A stretch of DNA of 24,000 nt, taken from Acaryochloris marina S15 (GTDB taxonomy: Bacteria; Cyanobacteriota; Cyanobacteriia; Thermosynechococcales; Thermosynechococcaceae). The stretch lies in NCBI RefSeq assembly GCF_018336915.1, contig NZ_CP064923.1, forward strand, positions 931,046-955,045. Direction: 5' to 3'. Shown piece after piece: positions 9,149-17,534 of this stretch. The notes under the pieces are model-generated. The model saw only the letters and a program-made list of their open reading frames with translations, ran no database searches and was not told the origin of the DNA. How positions within the stretch are numbered: the stretch's first letter is position 1; the number at the start of each line of letters is the position of its first letter. The translations under genes and the position numbers were made by a program.

Positions 9149-9411
9149 GGTCATTATTCCGCAATTGCAAATAAATATTTTTGTTTTCTGATATCACTAT
9201 CCTGGAAAATACTGTTAGTCACGAACAGAAACTCCCATAGGTTTTGCCCATGATTAATGGGCAAGTAAGTGATTATTAAAGCTATAGCCGCTTGTCTCAA
9301 GATAAGTTTACACTTGCCGAGTTGACGTTCTATACTCAACAGTAATTAGCTCTGCTAACAGAGTGGTTTAAGGGGGAATTTGCTTGCTACCACTTCAGCA
9401 GGAGGATTCTC

Positions 9412-10002
9412 TTGAAAGTCATTCAAGTTCAAGATCTGCAAGCACAAGATATACAAAGTATTAACGATCATCAGCTCCTATTTCACGGTCAATTATTCCA
9501 ATTGGGGCCTAAAATCTCTAAGAAGCTAGAGAAAGCAGTACTAGAATATTGCCAAATTTCCTGCAAATCGGGTCAAGCTTGCCTGTTGCAAGACGATGGA
9601 TCTCATTGGGTGGTCTGGAAACGGGTCAAAAAACTAGCTAGACAATCAACGGCACTACTCCCTAGTCATCAAGTAAATGTCTCCCGAGAGCACTCCCTCT
9701 CTCCCCACTTTATTGATCGTTGTAAGCAAGAGCTAGCAAACTGTATTGGTCCAATTGCAGAATTAGTTTTTCAACAGACCCTGGCTGGCCTCGATATGGA
9801 CACCCTGAAACCTCAGGAATTTGTTACAGCCTTAAGCCAAAACATTCCATCTTCTTCATTAGCCTCTAGATTCCATGATCATTGCCAACAGGCATCAGAA
9901 GCAGAGGTGGTCGCATCCAAAGTTCGATCCATGAAGCGCTCTACTCAAACAAGCGGTTATTTCAGCCATAGTAAGGGGGTTCATTCCCCAGTTTCCATTT
10001 AA
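9412..10002 (+). CDS. Hypothetical two-domain protein, tandem paralog 2
   Basis: TTG start with GGAGG 6 nt upstream (9401-9405). N- and C-terminal blocks are shared with 8585-9148. For example, FIDRCKQELANCIGPIAELVFQQTL vs FINRCKTELAVHVGPMADFLTEQTL is 14/25 identical. Confidence 0.65.
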   Translation: MKVIQVQDLQAQDIQSINDHQLLFHGQLFQLGPKISKKLEKAVLEYCQISCKSGQACLLQDDGSHWVVWKRVKKLARQSTALLPSHQVNVSREHSLSPHFIDRCKQELANCIGPIAELVFQQTLAGLDMDTLKPQEFVTALSQNIPSSSLASRFHDHCQQASEAEVVASKVRSMKRSTQTSGYFSHSKGVHSPVSI

Positions 10003-10543
10003 TATTGCAACCGATACTCGGTTTTTGCTGCGCAGCAATCGGCTGTTCTGCCAGGGCAGCATCCAAAGCCCCCCGTAAATCTTCCCCAGTCACCATCAGG
10101 TTATTGCTGGGACGGCTATCATCTAGCTGTCCCCGGTAGACAAGTTTACGGTGGGCATCAAAAACAAAAAAGTCTGGCGTACAGGCCGCCGTATATTGCT
10201 TGGCAACGTCTTGGCGTTCATCAAAACAGATAGGAAAGTTATAACCGAGGCTGGTGGCCATTGCTGTTAAGTGCTCTGGATCATCCAAGGGGTGGCTCTG
10301 GATATCATTGGAGCTAATCGCAACCATTCCCAAGCTTTGAGCAGAATAATCTTGACCAATCTGAGCGAGTTCCGATTGGACATGTTTCACAAACGGACAA
10401 TGCTGGCAAATAAACATCACCAACAGAACTTTGCGGTGGGCAAATGTATCTAAGGAAATGGTTTGCCCACTGACCACATCAGGTAGCTGAAAGTTGGGGG
10501 CGGGTGTTCCCAAGTCCAACATTGTAGAAGCGGTTAACACCAT
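9962..10543 (-). CDS. Thioredoxin-fold (redoxin/AhpC-TSA-like) thiol-disulfide oxidoreductase
   Basis: 193 aa with PAPNFQLPD...KVLLVMFICQHCPFV carrying a CxxC (CQHC) at the usual thioredoxin-fold position. Length and layout fit the thioredoxin family proteins common in cyanobacteria. Confidence 0.8.
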   Translation of the reverse strand: MVLTASTMLDLGTPAPNFQLPDVVSGQTISLDTFAHRKVLLVMFICQHCPFVKHVQSELAQIGQDYSAQSLGMVAISSNDIQSHPLDDPEHLTAMATSLGYNFPICFDERQDVAKQYTAACTPDFFVFDAHRKLVYRGQLDDSRPSNNLMVTGEDLRGALDAALAEQPIAAQQKPSIGCNIKWKLGNEPPYYG

Positions 10544-10810
10544 AATTTCTACCCTTAAGCAATTAGCACACTTACTTTATTCTGCCGTGGTCCAGCTCAG
10601 TACACCAAGCTGTCATTCTTAACCTGCCGCCATTCATCCATTCCAGACGGATACAACGAGGCAACGGTTATCTTTTCACCCCAAAGCTAACAGAATTGGT
10701 GAAAGAGATGAAGAAAACGCCTTAAATAAAAGATCTATGTCATCTTGTTGGCAGTGCCACAGCACGCAATCCTGGGTTCAAATGTAAATCACCACATAAT
10801 GTGCTCACAC

Positions 10811-12481
10811 ATGAGAAATTGGCAAACGATTGAGAACACGGCCTTTGACCTCATCGTGATTGGGGGAGGGAGTAATGGGGCAGGGGTTGCCCGTGATGCT
10901 GCCCTGCGGGGACTCAAAACCCTGTTAATCGATAAAGATGATTTTGGCAGCGGCACCACAGGCTGGTCTAGTCGACTGATTCATGGCGGCCTGCGATACC
11001 TGGAATACTTCGAGTTCAATCTGGTCCGGGAATCCTTACGAGAGCGGGAAGTGCTATTACGGGTGGCCCCCCATTTAGTCCGACCTCTGCAGATGTCAAT
11101 CCCCGTCTATGCCAGTGGCTCGCGGGCGTTCTGGGAAATTCAGGCCGGAATGCTGCTCTATGATGTCCTCAGTTTTGATAAATCTCTACCCAATCACCGG
11201 ATTCTCCCGCTGCAAAAGTGCTTACAGCTATTTCGGCACCTGAATCCTAAAGGGCTGAAAGGGGCAGCTCAATATTTTGATGCCCAAGTCGTCCATGCTG
11301 AACGCCTCTGTTTGGAGTTAGTGCTGTCGGCCCAAGTAGCAGGGGCTACGGCGCTCAACTACGCAAAAGTATCTCAGCTTCAGGTTGAGGGGGACCGCGT
11401 CCAAGGGATCACCGTTGAAGATTTGATCTCAGAGACATCCCATACCGTCCAACTGTCACCCCAAGCCGTGGTGATTAATACGGCAGGTCCCTGGGTCGAT
11501 CAGGTCTTACAAGGGATACAGTCCTCGACCCTGAAACAAGACCGAAAAATCGGTGGCACTAAAGGCAGCCACATTATTGTAGATCCGTTCCCAGGAGCAC
11601 CTGATGCCGCCCTCTACGCAGAAGCCGCGGTTGATAACCGTCCGTTTTTCATTCTGCCCTGGGCGAATCAGTATCTGATTGGGACGACTGATATTCGGTA
11701 TGGGGACGATTTGGATCGGGTTAAAGCCAGTGATGATGAAATTGATTATTTACTAAATGAAACCAATCGAGTCATTCCCTGTGCTCAGCTCTCTCGGGCA
11801 GATATTCGCTTTACCTACGCAGGCGTCAGACCTTTACCCTACAGCAAAGGCAAAAAGACCAGCAGTATTACCCGCAGTCATGTTCTCTACGATCACGGCA
11901 AAGACGGTATTACCAACTTGATCTCTTTAATTGGCGGTAAACTCACCACCTATCGGCAGGTAGCTGAAGAGATGGTGGATGCAGTCTTGAAAAAGCAAGG
12001 TCGTGCCCTTATTCCTTGTGCAACTAAGCAAGAGCTGTTTCCGGGTGCGATCGCACTCGACGATACCTTGATCGAAACCATGATCAGCAAATACCAGGCC
12101 CTTGTTAGCCGAGAAGCAATCTTTCATCTGTTCTCCATCTATGGCAGTTTTGCAGTGAAGATTTTGGCCCTAGTGGATGAAACCCCAGAACTAGCAGAGC
12201 CGATTACCCCATCGCTGCTCGATATTAAAGCCCAAGTGGTCTATGCCGTCCAAGTCGAACAAGCCTACACCCTCGTCGATATTTGTGTGCGGCGCACAAT
12301 TTTGGCGATGCAAACGAATTACGGTTTTGATGTGCTTCCGTCAGTGACAGCGATTTTGAAGCAATACTGCAACTGGAGTGACGCGGATTGCGATCGCCAA
12401 GTTCAAAATTATCACCGCTTTATGGAAGCCAATAGTTTGCCTGATTTTATGATGGCTCAGACAACAGCGCCTGTCAGTTGA
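10811..12481 (+). CDS. glpD: FAD-dependent glycerol-3-phosphate dehydrogenase/oxidase
   Basis: Contains the Rossmann FAD motif DLIVIGGGSNGAGVARDAALRG and GTTGWSSRLIHGGLRYLE, characteristic of GlpD. I prefer ATG 10811 (MRNWQ...) over the TTG at 10745, but the start is uncertain. Confidence 0.88.
   Translation: MRNWQTIENTAFDLIVIGGGSNGAGVARDAALRGLKTLLIDKDDFGSGTTGWSSRLIHGGLRYLEYFEFNLVRESLREREVLLRVAPHLVRPLQMSIPVYASGSRAFWEIQAGMLLYDVLSFDKSLPNHRILPLQKCLQLFRHLNPKGLKGAAQYFDAQVVHAERLCLELVLSAQVAGATALNYAKVSQLQVEGDRVQGITVEDLISETSHTVQLSPQAVVINTAGPWVDQVLQGIQSSTLKQDRKIGGTKGSHIIVDPFPGAPDAALYAEAAVDNRPFFILPWANQYLIGTTDIRYGDDLDRVKASDDEIDYLLNETNRVIPCAQLSRADIRFTYAGVRPLPYSKGKKTSSITRSHVLYDHGKDGITNLISLIGGKLTTYRQVAEEMVDAVLKKQGRALIPCATKQELFPGAIALDDTLIETMISKYQALVSREAIFHLFSIYGSFAVKILALVDETPELAEPITPSLLDIKAQVVYAVQVEQAYTLVDICVRRTILAMQTNYGFDVLPSVTAILKQYCNWSDADCDRQVQNYHRFMEANSLPDFMMAQTTAPVS
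12047..12054. repeat. HIP1 octamer GCGATCGC
   Basis: Exact match read from the sequence. Confidence 0.95.
12390..12397. repeat. HIP1 octamer GCGATCGC
   Basis: Exact match read from the sequence. Confidence 0.95.
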
Positions 12482-12505
12482 TGTTCTCGTTAGGATCTTG
12501 CTTTC

Positions 12506-13438
12506 ATGTCCACAACAGCCATCACTATCTTGGGCACAGGGGTTTGGGGGTCAGCCTTAGGGACCCTAGCCCAAGTCAATCAACATGAAGTGACGGTTTG
12601 GTCCCGCCGGGGACCGTTAACGTTAGCAGAAAGCCTAGCTCAAGCTCAGGTGATTGTGGTTGCCATCTCCATGAAAGGCATCCCCGGTATTGCCGCTCAG
12701 CTCCAGCAGCTAGAGCTACCCCACTCAACCATCATCGTCAGTGCCACTAAAGGGTTAGATCAGACAACGCTCCGCACTCCCTCCCAAATTTGGCAGGCCA
12801 CTTTTCCAAACAACCCTGTTTTGGTCCTCTCTGGCCCCAATTTATCTAAGGAGATTGAGCAAGGGTTGCCTGCGGCAACGGTGGTTGCAGGCCCTAATCA
12901 AGCGGCTGTAGAAACGGTGCAACAGCTTTTTTCTTCGGACTGTTTGCGAGTCTATACCAACCCTGATCTATTAGGTACGGAATTGGGTGGGACCCTGAAA
13001 AACGTGATTGCGATCGCAGTCGGGGTTTGCGAAGGCCTCAAACTCGGCACCAATGCCCGGGCTGCGTTGATCACGCGAGCACTCCCAGAGATGATTCGAG
13101 TCGGCACCCATTTGGGAGGACAGGCAGAAACCTTTTTTGGACTATCCGGCTTAGGAGATTTGTTAGCCACCTGTACGAGTCCCCTCAGCCGTAACTATCA
13201 AGTGGGGTATCAACTAGCCCAAGGCAACTCCCTCACCCAAATTTTAGATCAACTCCAAGGAACTGCAGAAGGGGTAAATACCACCAATGTCCTGGTCGAT
13301 TTGGCCAACCGAGAAGGCATCCCTATTCCCATTGCTCGCCAAGTTCATCGACTTCTGAAGGGACGAATTACCCCCCAGGAAGCTTTAGGAAGCCTGATGG
13401 ATAGAGAACTGAAACCAGAATCTTGTGATTTGTTGTAA
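12506..13438 (+). CDS. gpsA: NAD(P)H-dependent glycerol-3-phosphate dehydrogenase
   Basis: 310 aa with ILGTGVWGSALGTLA (NAD-binding), GPNLSKEI and GTLKNVIAIAVG, the conserved GpsA motifs. It starts 24 nt after the glpD stop. Confidence 0.92.
   Translation: MSTTAITILGTGVWGSALGTLAQVNQHEVTVWSRRGPLTLAESLAQAQVIVVAISMKGIPGIAAQLQQLELPHSTIIVSATKGLDQTTLRTPSQIWQATFPNNPVLVLSGPNLSKEIEQGLPAATVVAGPNQAAVETVQQLFSSDCLRVYTNPDLLGTELGGTLKNVIAIAVGVCEGLKLGTNARAALITRALPEMIRVGTHLGGQAETFFGLSGLGDLLATCTSPLSRNYQVGYQLAQGNSLTQILDQLQGTAEGVNTTNVLVDLANREGIPIPIARQVHRLLKGRITPQEALGSLMDRELKPESCDLL
13010..13017. repeat. HIP1 octamer GCGATCGC
   Basis: Exact match read from the sequence. Confidence 0.95.
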
Positions 13439-13713
13439 TTTGCCCCCAACCTATCCATTTGCATCTTGGACAATGAACATCAGTCTGCGATAGTTGCTGG
13501 ATTCGTATTAGATTCTCTCTCGCCACTCTTAAACTCACCAGATATATCAACGGTGCATTCAACATTCACTGGCAAACCAAAGAACGTTCTTATCCATAAG
13601 GCTCAATATATTCAGGCAGCCTATACCTGGCCTACAGAATCCCGCTAGACTATGAAGCAGACCTCCCCCTGTTCAAGAGGTATTGAATTGTTGCCTGTCA
13701 GACTAATACCACC

Positions 13714-14871
13714 ATGCAAATCTACTTAGATTACAGTGCAACCACTCCTTGCCACCCAGACGTGATTACTGCCATGGGCACAATCTGGGCAGAACAATGG
13801 GGAAATCCTTCTAGTTTGCATGAGTGGGGGCAGCGGTCTGCAACTGTTCTAGAACAAGCCCGCATGCAGGTCGCAGACTTGATTCATGCTCCCGCCGAGT
13901 CGATTATTTTCACTTCAGGTGGGACGGAAGCCAATAACTTAGCATTAATGGGCATCGCTAGAACCTTTGCCCAACCCCAACATTTAATCATCTCTAGCAT
14001 TGAGCATTCTGCGATTACTGAGCCTGCTCAACTATTAGAGCAACAGGGATGGCAGGTCACTCGTTTGCCCGTAGACGCCCAAGGTCATATCTCTCCAAAC
14101 GCTCTCAAAAACTCAATCCAAAGTAATACCGTTTTGGTCTCAGTGATTTATGGGCAGAGCGAGATTGGCACCCTCCAATTGATCCAAACTTTAGGCCAAA
14201 TGGCTCGCGATCGAGGGGTACTTTTCCATACCGATGCGGTGCAGGTCGCCGGTCGACTCCCTATTGATGTGCAAACCTTGCCTGTTGATTTGCTCTCCCT
14301 CTCTAGCCATAAACTCTATGGTCCCCAAGGAGCAGGCGCTTTATATGTGCGTCCTGGAACTAACCTTATTCCCTTATTAGCAGGGGGCGGACAAGAACAA
14401 GGGATGCGATCAGGAACACCGGCTGTGCCGATTCTGGCGGGGTTTGGTCTGGCGGCTGAAATTGCGGCTGAAGAAATGGAAACAGAGGGTTTACGACTGA
14501 TACAGCTGCGCGATCGCATGTTTTCCCAACTCAGCACCTCTCCCTACCTCCAGCCAACAGGAGACCTGAACCAACGATTACCCCATCACGTCAGCTTTTG
14601 CCTCCACCCTGTCACGGATATCACTGGCAAGACCTTAGTCCGACAGATGAATTTGGCCGGCATTGCCATTAGTGCCGGGTCGGCTTGCCATAGCGGTAAG
14701 CTAGCACCCAGCCCCATTCTGAAAGCCATGGGGTACTCGGATCAGCAAGCTTTATCTGGCATTCGCTTGACCTTAGGCAAGCAAACAACCCTTGAAGATA
14801 TTGATTGGACCATTACAGCCTTAAATCAACTGCTGCACCGGCTGATGCCTCAATCGGCTGTGATTGCTTAA
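13714..14871 (+). CDS. Cysteine desulfurase, class V aminotransferase (NifS/IscS family)
   Basis: 385 aa. It has YLDYSATTP, GGTEANN, the PLP-lysine motif SSHKLYGPQGAGALYVR and the active-site loop SAGSACHSG. Confidence 0.9.
   Translation: MQIYLDYSATTPCHPDVITAMGTIWAEQWGNPSSLHEWGQRSATVLEQARMQVADLIHAPAESIIFTSGGTEANNLALMGIARTFAQPQHLIISSIEHSAITEPAQLLEQQGWQVTRLPVDAQGHISPNALKNSIQSNTVLVSVIYGQSEIGTLQLIQTLGQMARDRGVLFHTDAVQVAGRLPIDVQTLPVDLLSLSSHKLYGPQGAGALYVRPGTNLIPLLAGGGQEQGMRSGTPAVPILAGFGLAAEIAAEEMETEGLRLIQLRDRMFSQLSTSPYLQPTGDLNQRLPHHVSFCLHPVTDITGKTLVRQMNLAGIAISAGSACHSGKLAPSPILKAMGYSDQQALSGIRLTLGKQTTLEDIDWTITALNQLLHRLMPQSAVIA
14510..14517. repeat. HIP1 octamer GCGATCGC
   Basis: Exact match read from the sequence. 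Confidence 0.95.
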
Positions 14872-15169
14872 GCAGCTGAGAATCTTAAGGCGATACGCTT
14901 ACAGGTCGTTCTGACTGCATTAACTGCATTGCATTCAGTTGAGCATGGGCTAAAAAGCCCAAACTGACCATGGCGCTAATATACAGGCCAATCGCCAAAC
15001 TAGTCTTGGAGCAGAGTCGGGAAGTGAAAGAATCCATGATCGTTTCTGAGGGAGCGAAGGAGTGATGATTCAGTGAGATTCCCTCAGCATGCCAAGACTT
15101 AGACTACTTTTGAAGCTTTTGCGATTAATCGTTATAAAACCAACCCTAAGAGATGGATAAAGTTAACAC

Positions 15170-15676
15170 TCACCCTAGCAGTGCCATATGATGCTGACGA
15201 CGTTCAGCATCAGGGTCGGGGATGGATGGAACAGCCTGAATTTGCTGAACATAGGCGGCTGGCAGGCTCAGTTCCAGGGCTCCTTGGACAACGTAAGCTT
15301 TGTACCAATGAAACGGACGCAACGTATCGTCCTTAAGCAGGGCCAAGTAGGTAAATGCTTCAAGACATCCCTCAGCCGTCACAATACTGAGACATTGGCG
15401 TTCATAGCCTACCCCCAAGCTTTCGGCTCGGTCCAAGTGGGGAAGCTCAGATAAATCCATCTGAAAAACGGCTCCCCAAACCCTATCGTTGGGTCGTCCG
15501 TTGCCTTGAATATTGGCTTTACCAGATTGATCTAAGCCCACTTTATGGAACTGAAGTTGATACCCCTGGAGTTGGCCCAGACTGATCAAGCAAGCGGAAG
15601 GGACCCGCTCTAGTAAACGAGACTGATATAAATTTGATCCGTAGGCGAAGTAATAGTCTGAATGACTCACGACCAT
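15170..15676 (-). CDS. Gamma-glutamylcyclotransferase (GGCT/AIG2-like) family protein
   Basis: 168 aa with the N-terminal YYFAYGSNL motif (the YGSN substrate loop of GGCT) and a downstream GYER glutamate. Its ATG overlaps the stop of the upstream cyclase gene by 1 nt (TAATG). Confidence 0.8.
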   Translation of the reverse strand: MVVSHSDYYFAYGSNLYQSRLLERVPSACLISLGQLQGYQLQFHKVGLDQSGKANIQGNGRPNDRVWGAVFQMDLSELPHLDRAESLGVGYERQCLSIVTAEGCLEAFTYLALLKDDTLRPFHWYKAYVVQGALELSLPAAYVQQIQAVPSIPDPDAERRQHHMALLG

Positions 15677-17253
15677 TACTTGGGTGACCCCATAGTTCCC
15701 TGGGTTTGATCCGTCAGGGACCGGCGACGGGACCGGCGATCGCGATAGTTTTGTTTGTCCTGATACATGACTTGATCAGCACAATGCAATAGTTCTGAAA
15801 GGGTGCAGCCATCCTGAGGATGACTGGCAACGCCAATACTAGCCGTAATTTTGAGGGTAATGTTCTCAAGTTCTAGGGGTTGTCGCAGGCGAAGTAAGAG
15901 CCGTTCTCGCGTGGTATGGGCAGCATTTTGATTCGCCTTAAATAACAAGGCCACAAATTCATCCCCACCAATCCGGGCAACAATGTCTCCCTGACGAACG
16001 CAAGTTTTCAAGCATTTAGCCACGTAAATTAGCACTGCATCGCCAATCTGATGACCATAGGTATCATTAATTGGCTTGAAGTCATTTAAATCCACGTATA
16101 ACAACGCCACTGGCCACAATCCTTTGCCCGCACTACTAAGGGACAATTGGCCTGAGATTTCCAATTGGCGGCGATTACACAACCCAGTAAGACTATCAAA
16201 GTAGGCAAAGTGCTTCAGCTGCGCTTGTTTTTGATGCTCAACGGTAACATCACGAATAATGACCAGAGATCCCACAAGACGCTGGCCAGGGCTGTGCAAC
16301 GTCCGAATTTTGACTTCTTTTAATAAGGTTTGGGAAAATTGAAACAGCTTAATGGTTTCTGTTATTTCTTGGGTCAGGGGCGTTGTCAGCAAGTGCTGAT
16401 AGGCGGGAAAACCAACGTGAAATGGCTGTCCCAAAATATTGTCAAACAGACTCTCTCGATACGCACTGGGATTCAAATCAACAATATGATTTTGGGTATC
16501 TAGGAAAATCACTGCATCTTCCGTGTTGAGAAATACAGTGCGGTAGGAAATGGGGGAGACCTCAAACAGTTTGCCGCGAAATAGCCCCACAACCACGATC
16601 AAACCGCTCAGAGCAAAACTAACCGGAGTCAGATCTAACCCATAGAAATGGACTCTTGCCAACAGGTACAACAGGCTGGAAAAGAAGGGAATAATCGACG
16701 CAGACAGCAGTATCAAAATCTGTTGTCGATAGATCTGGGAACTGGCGAAATAGGCGTTGAGGAGAACGCCGACGCCCCCTAGCAGAAGCAAGTAGTTATA
16801 GGGCATCATCACATAGCTAAACCACCAGCCATGCTCAATCATCAGTTGGGGAGCAGGGGTATGCCCTAGTTCTACAGAAGCCCAAATCAGACCATGCCAG
16901 GGATCTGTAAAGGCAAAGATCATGCTCAGCAATGGCAACACCATCATCCCTCTCGTTCTCTGGATGCTCAGACGAGAATCGTTATGGGTGTATTGCAGGG
17001 TAAAGACTAGCCAAAAGACGGCAAAAAACGGAATGCCGAGGTATTGCAGTTTGCCGAAAACGATGCGAGGGGTGGCTTCAGTGCTGAGATATTCTAAGAC
17101 CGCAAAGAAGCACCAGATAAAGAGGCTGAGAATACATCCAAAGAAGGATTTTGCTCCCGTAACGGCCCGTCGTTGCCATACATAGATAGCAATACTGCCT
17201 GTAGCAAAAGCTGCGATCGCAGGTAGAAGCGCTAGGAGGTAGTAAATCAGCAT
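15676..17253 (-). CDS. Membrane-bound diguanylate cyclase (N-terminal multi-TM sensor module, PAS-like region, GGDEF domain with I-site)
   Basis: 525 aa with about 7 N-terminal TM helices. The C-terminal GGDEF domain includes YFDSLTGLCNRR and RIGGDEFVALL. RQGD lies exactly 5 residues upstream of GGDEF, which is the RxxD inhibitory site. Confidence 0.9.
   Translation of the reverse strand: MLIYYLLALLPAIAAFATGSIAIYVWQRRAVTGAKSFFGCILSLFIWCFFAVLEYLSTEATPRIVFGKLQYLGIPFFAVFWLVFTLQYTHNDSRLSIQRTRGMMVLPLLSMIFAFTDPWHGLIWASVELGHTPAPQLMIEHGWWFSYVMMPYNYLLLLGGVGVLLNAYFASSQIYRQQILILLSASIIPFFSSLLYLLARVHFYGLDLTPVSFALSGLIVVVGLFRGKLFEVSPISYRTVFLNTEDAVIFLDTQNHIVDLNPSAYRESLFDNILGQPFHVGFPAYQHLLTTPLTQEITETIKLFQFSQTLLKEVKIRTLHSPGQRLVGSLVIIRDVTVEHQKQAQLKHFAYFDSLTGLCNRRQLEISGQLSLSSAGKGLWPVALLYVDLNDFKPINDTYGHQIGDAVLIYVAKCLKTCVRQGDIVARIGGDEFVALLFKANQNAAHTTRERLLLRLRQPLELENITLKITASIGVASHPQDGCTLSELLHCADQVMYQDKQNYRDRRSRRRSLTDQTQGTMGSPK
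15736..15743. repeat. HIP1 octamer GCGATCGC
   Basis: Exact match read from the sequence. Confidence 0.95.
17213..17220. repeat. HIP1 octamer GCGATCGC
   Basis: Exact match read from the sequence. Confidence 0.95.
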
Positions 17254-17463
17254 GGTCGGTCTTGAATTAGCACCATCGTAGCCCTAATTCTGTTGCCCCC
17301 GCCAGAGTATAGGAGGCAAATTCTCTTTTTTCGGTGGCTTGTTTTTCTAAAAAAACTTTTTGCAGCGGGCTAAGACGCAAAATTCAGCCGAGAAGGTTGG
17401 ATGGGCTTGCAGAAAGTTAGCCAATTTGTGTTAGCCTAAATTGTGCTGAATATCCAGCACCAC

Positions 17464-17534
17464 GCGGGTGTAGTTTAGTGGTAAAACCTTAGCCTTCCAA
17501 GCTAATGATGGGGGTTCGATTCCCCCCACCCGCT
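17464..17534 (+). tRNA. tRNA-Gly (anticodon UCC)
   Basis: Hand-folded cloverleaf. Acceptor GCGGGTG/CACCCGC, D stem GTTT/AAAC, anticodon stem TTAGC/GCTAA with loop CTTCCAA (UCC at 17496-17498). Variable loop is 4 nt, T arm GGGGG-TTCGATT-CCCCC, discriminator U. CCA is not encoded. Confidence 0.93.

Noticed and set aside
8420-9339. ORFs 8420-8638 (-), 8730-8921 (+) and 9154-9339 (-), plus the upstream extension 8543-8584 of paralog 1
   Set aside because: The first overlaps the divergent promoter region and the start of paralog 1. The second is an alternative frame through the Pro-rich linker. The third is AT-rich intergenic with no RBS. Alignment with paralog 2 supports ATG 8585 as the true start.
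10271-15454. ORFs 10271-10453, 11927-12127, 12952-13170, 13368-13565, 13466-13648, 14316-14537 and 15188-15454
   Set aside because: All but two are antisense shadows inside the thioredoxin-like gene, glpD, gpsA, the desulfurase or the GGCT gene. ORF 13368-13565 overlaps the 3' end of gpsA and runs into the gpsA-desulfurase gap, and 13466-13648 lies wholly in that gap. Neither has an RBS or protein-like features.
15717-15740. 12-bp tandem duplication GGGACCGGCGAC/GGGACCGGCGAT at the 3' end of the cyclase gene
   Set aside because: It is real in the sequence and in frame, adding Arg-rich residues to a disordered tail next to a HIP1 site. It is most simply a slippage event with no evident function.
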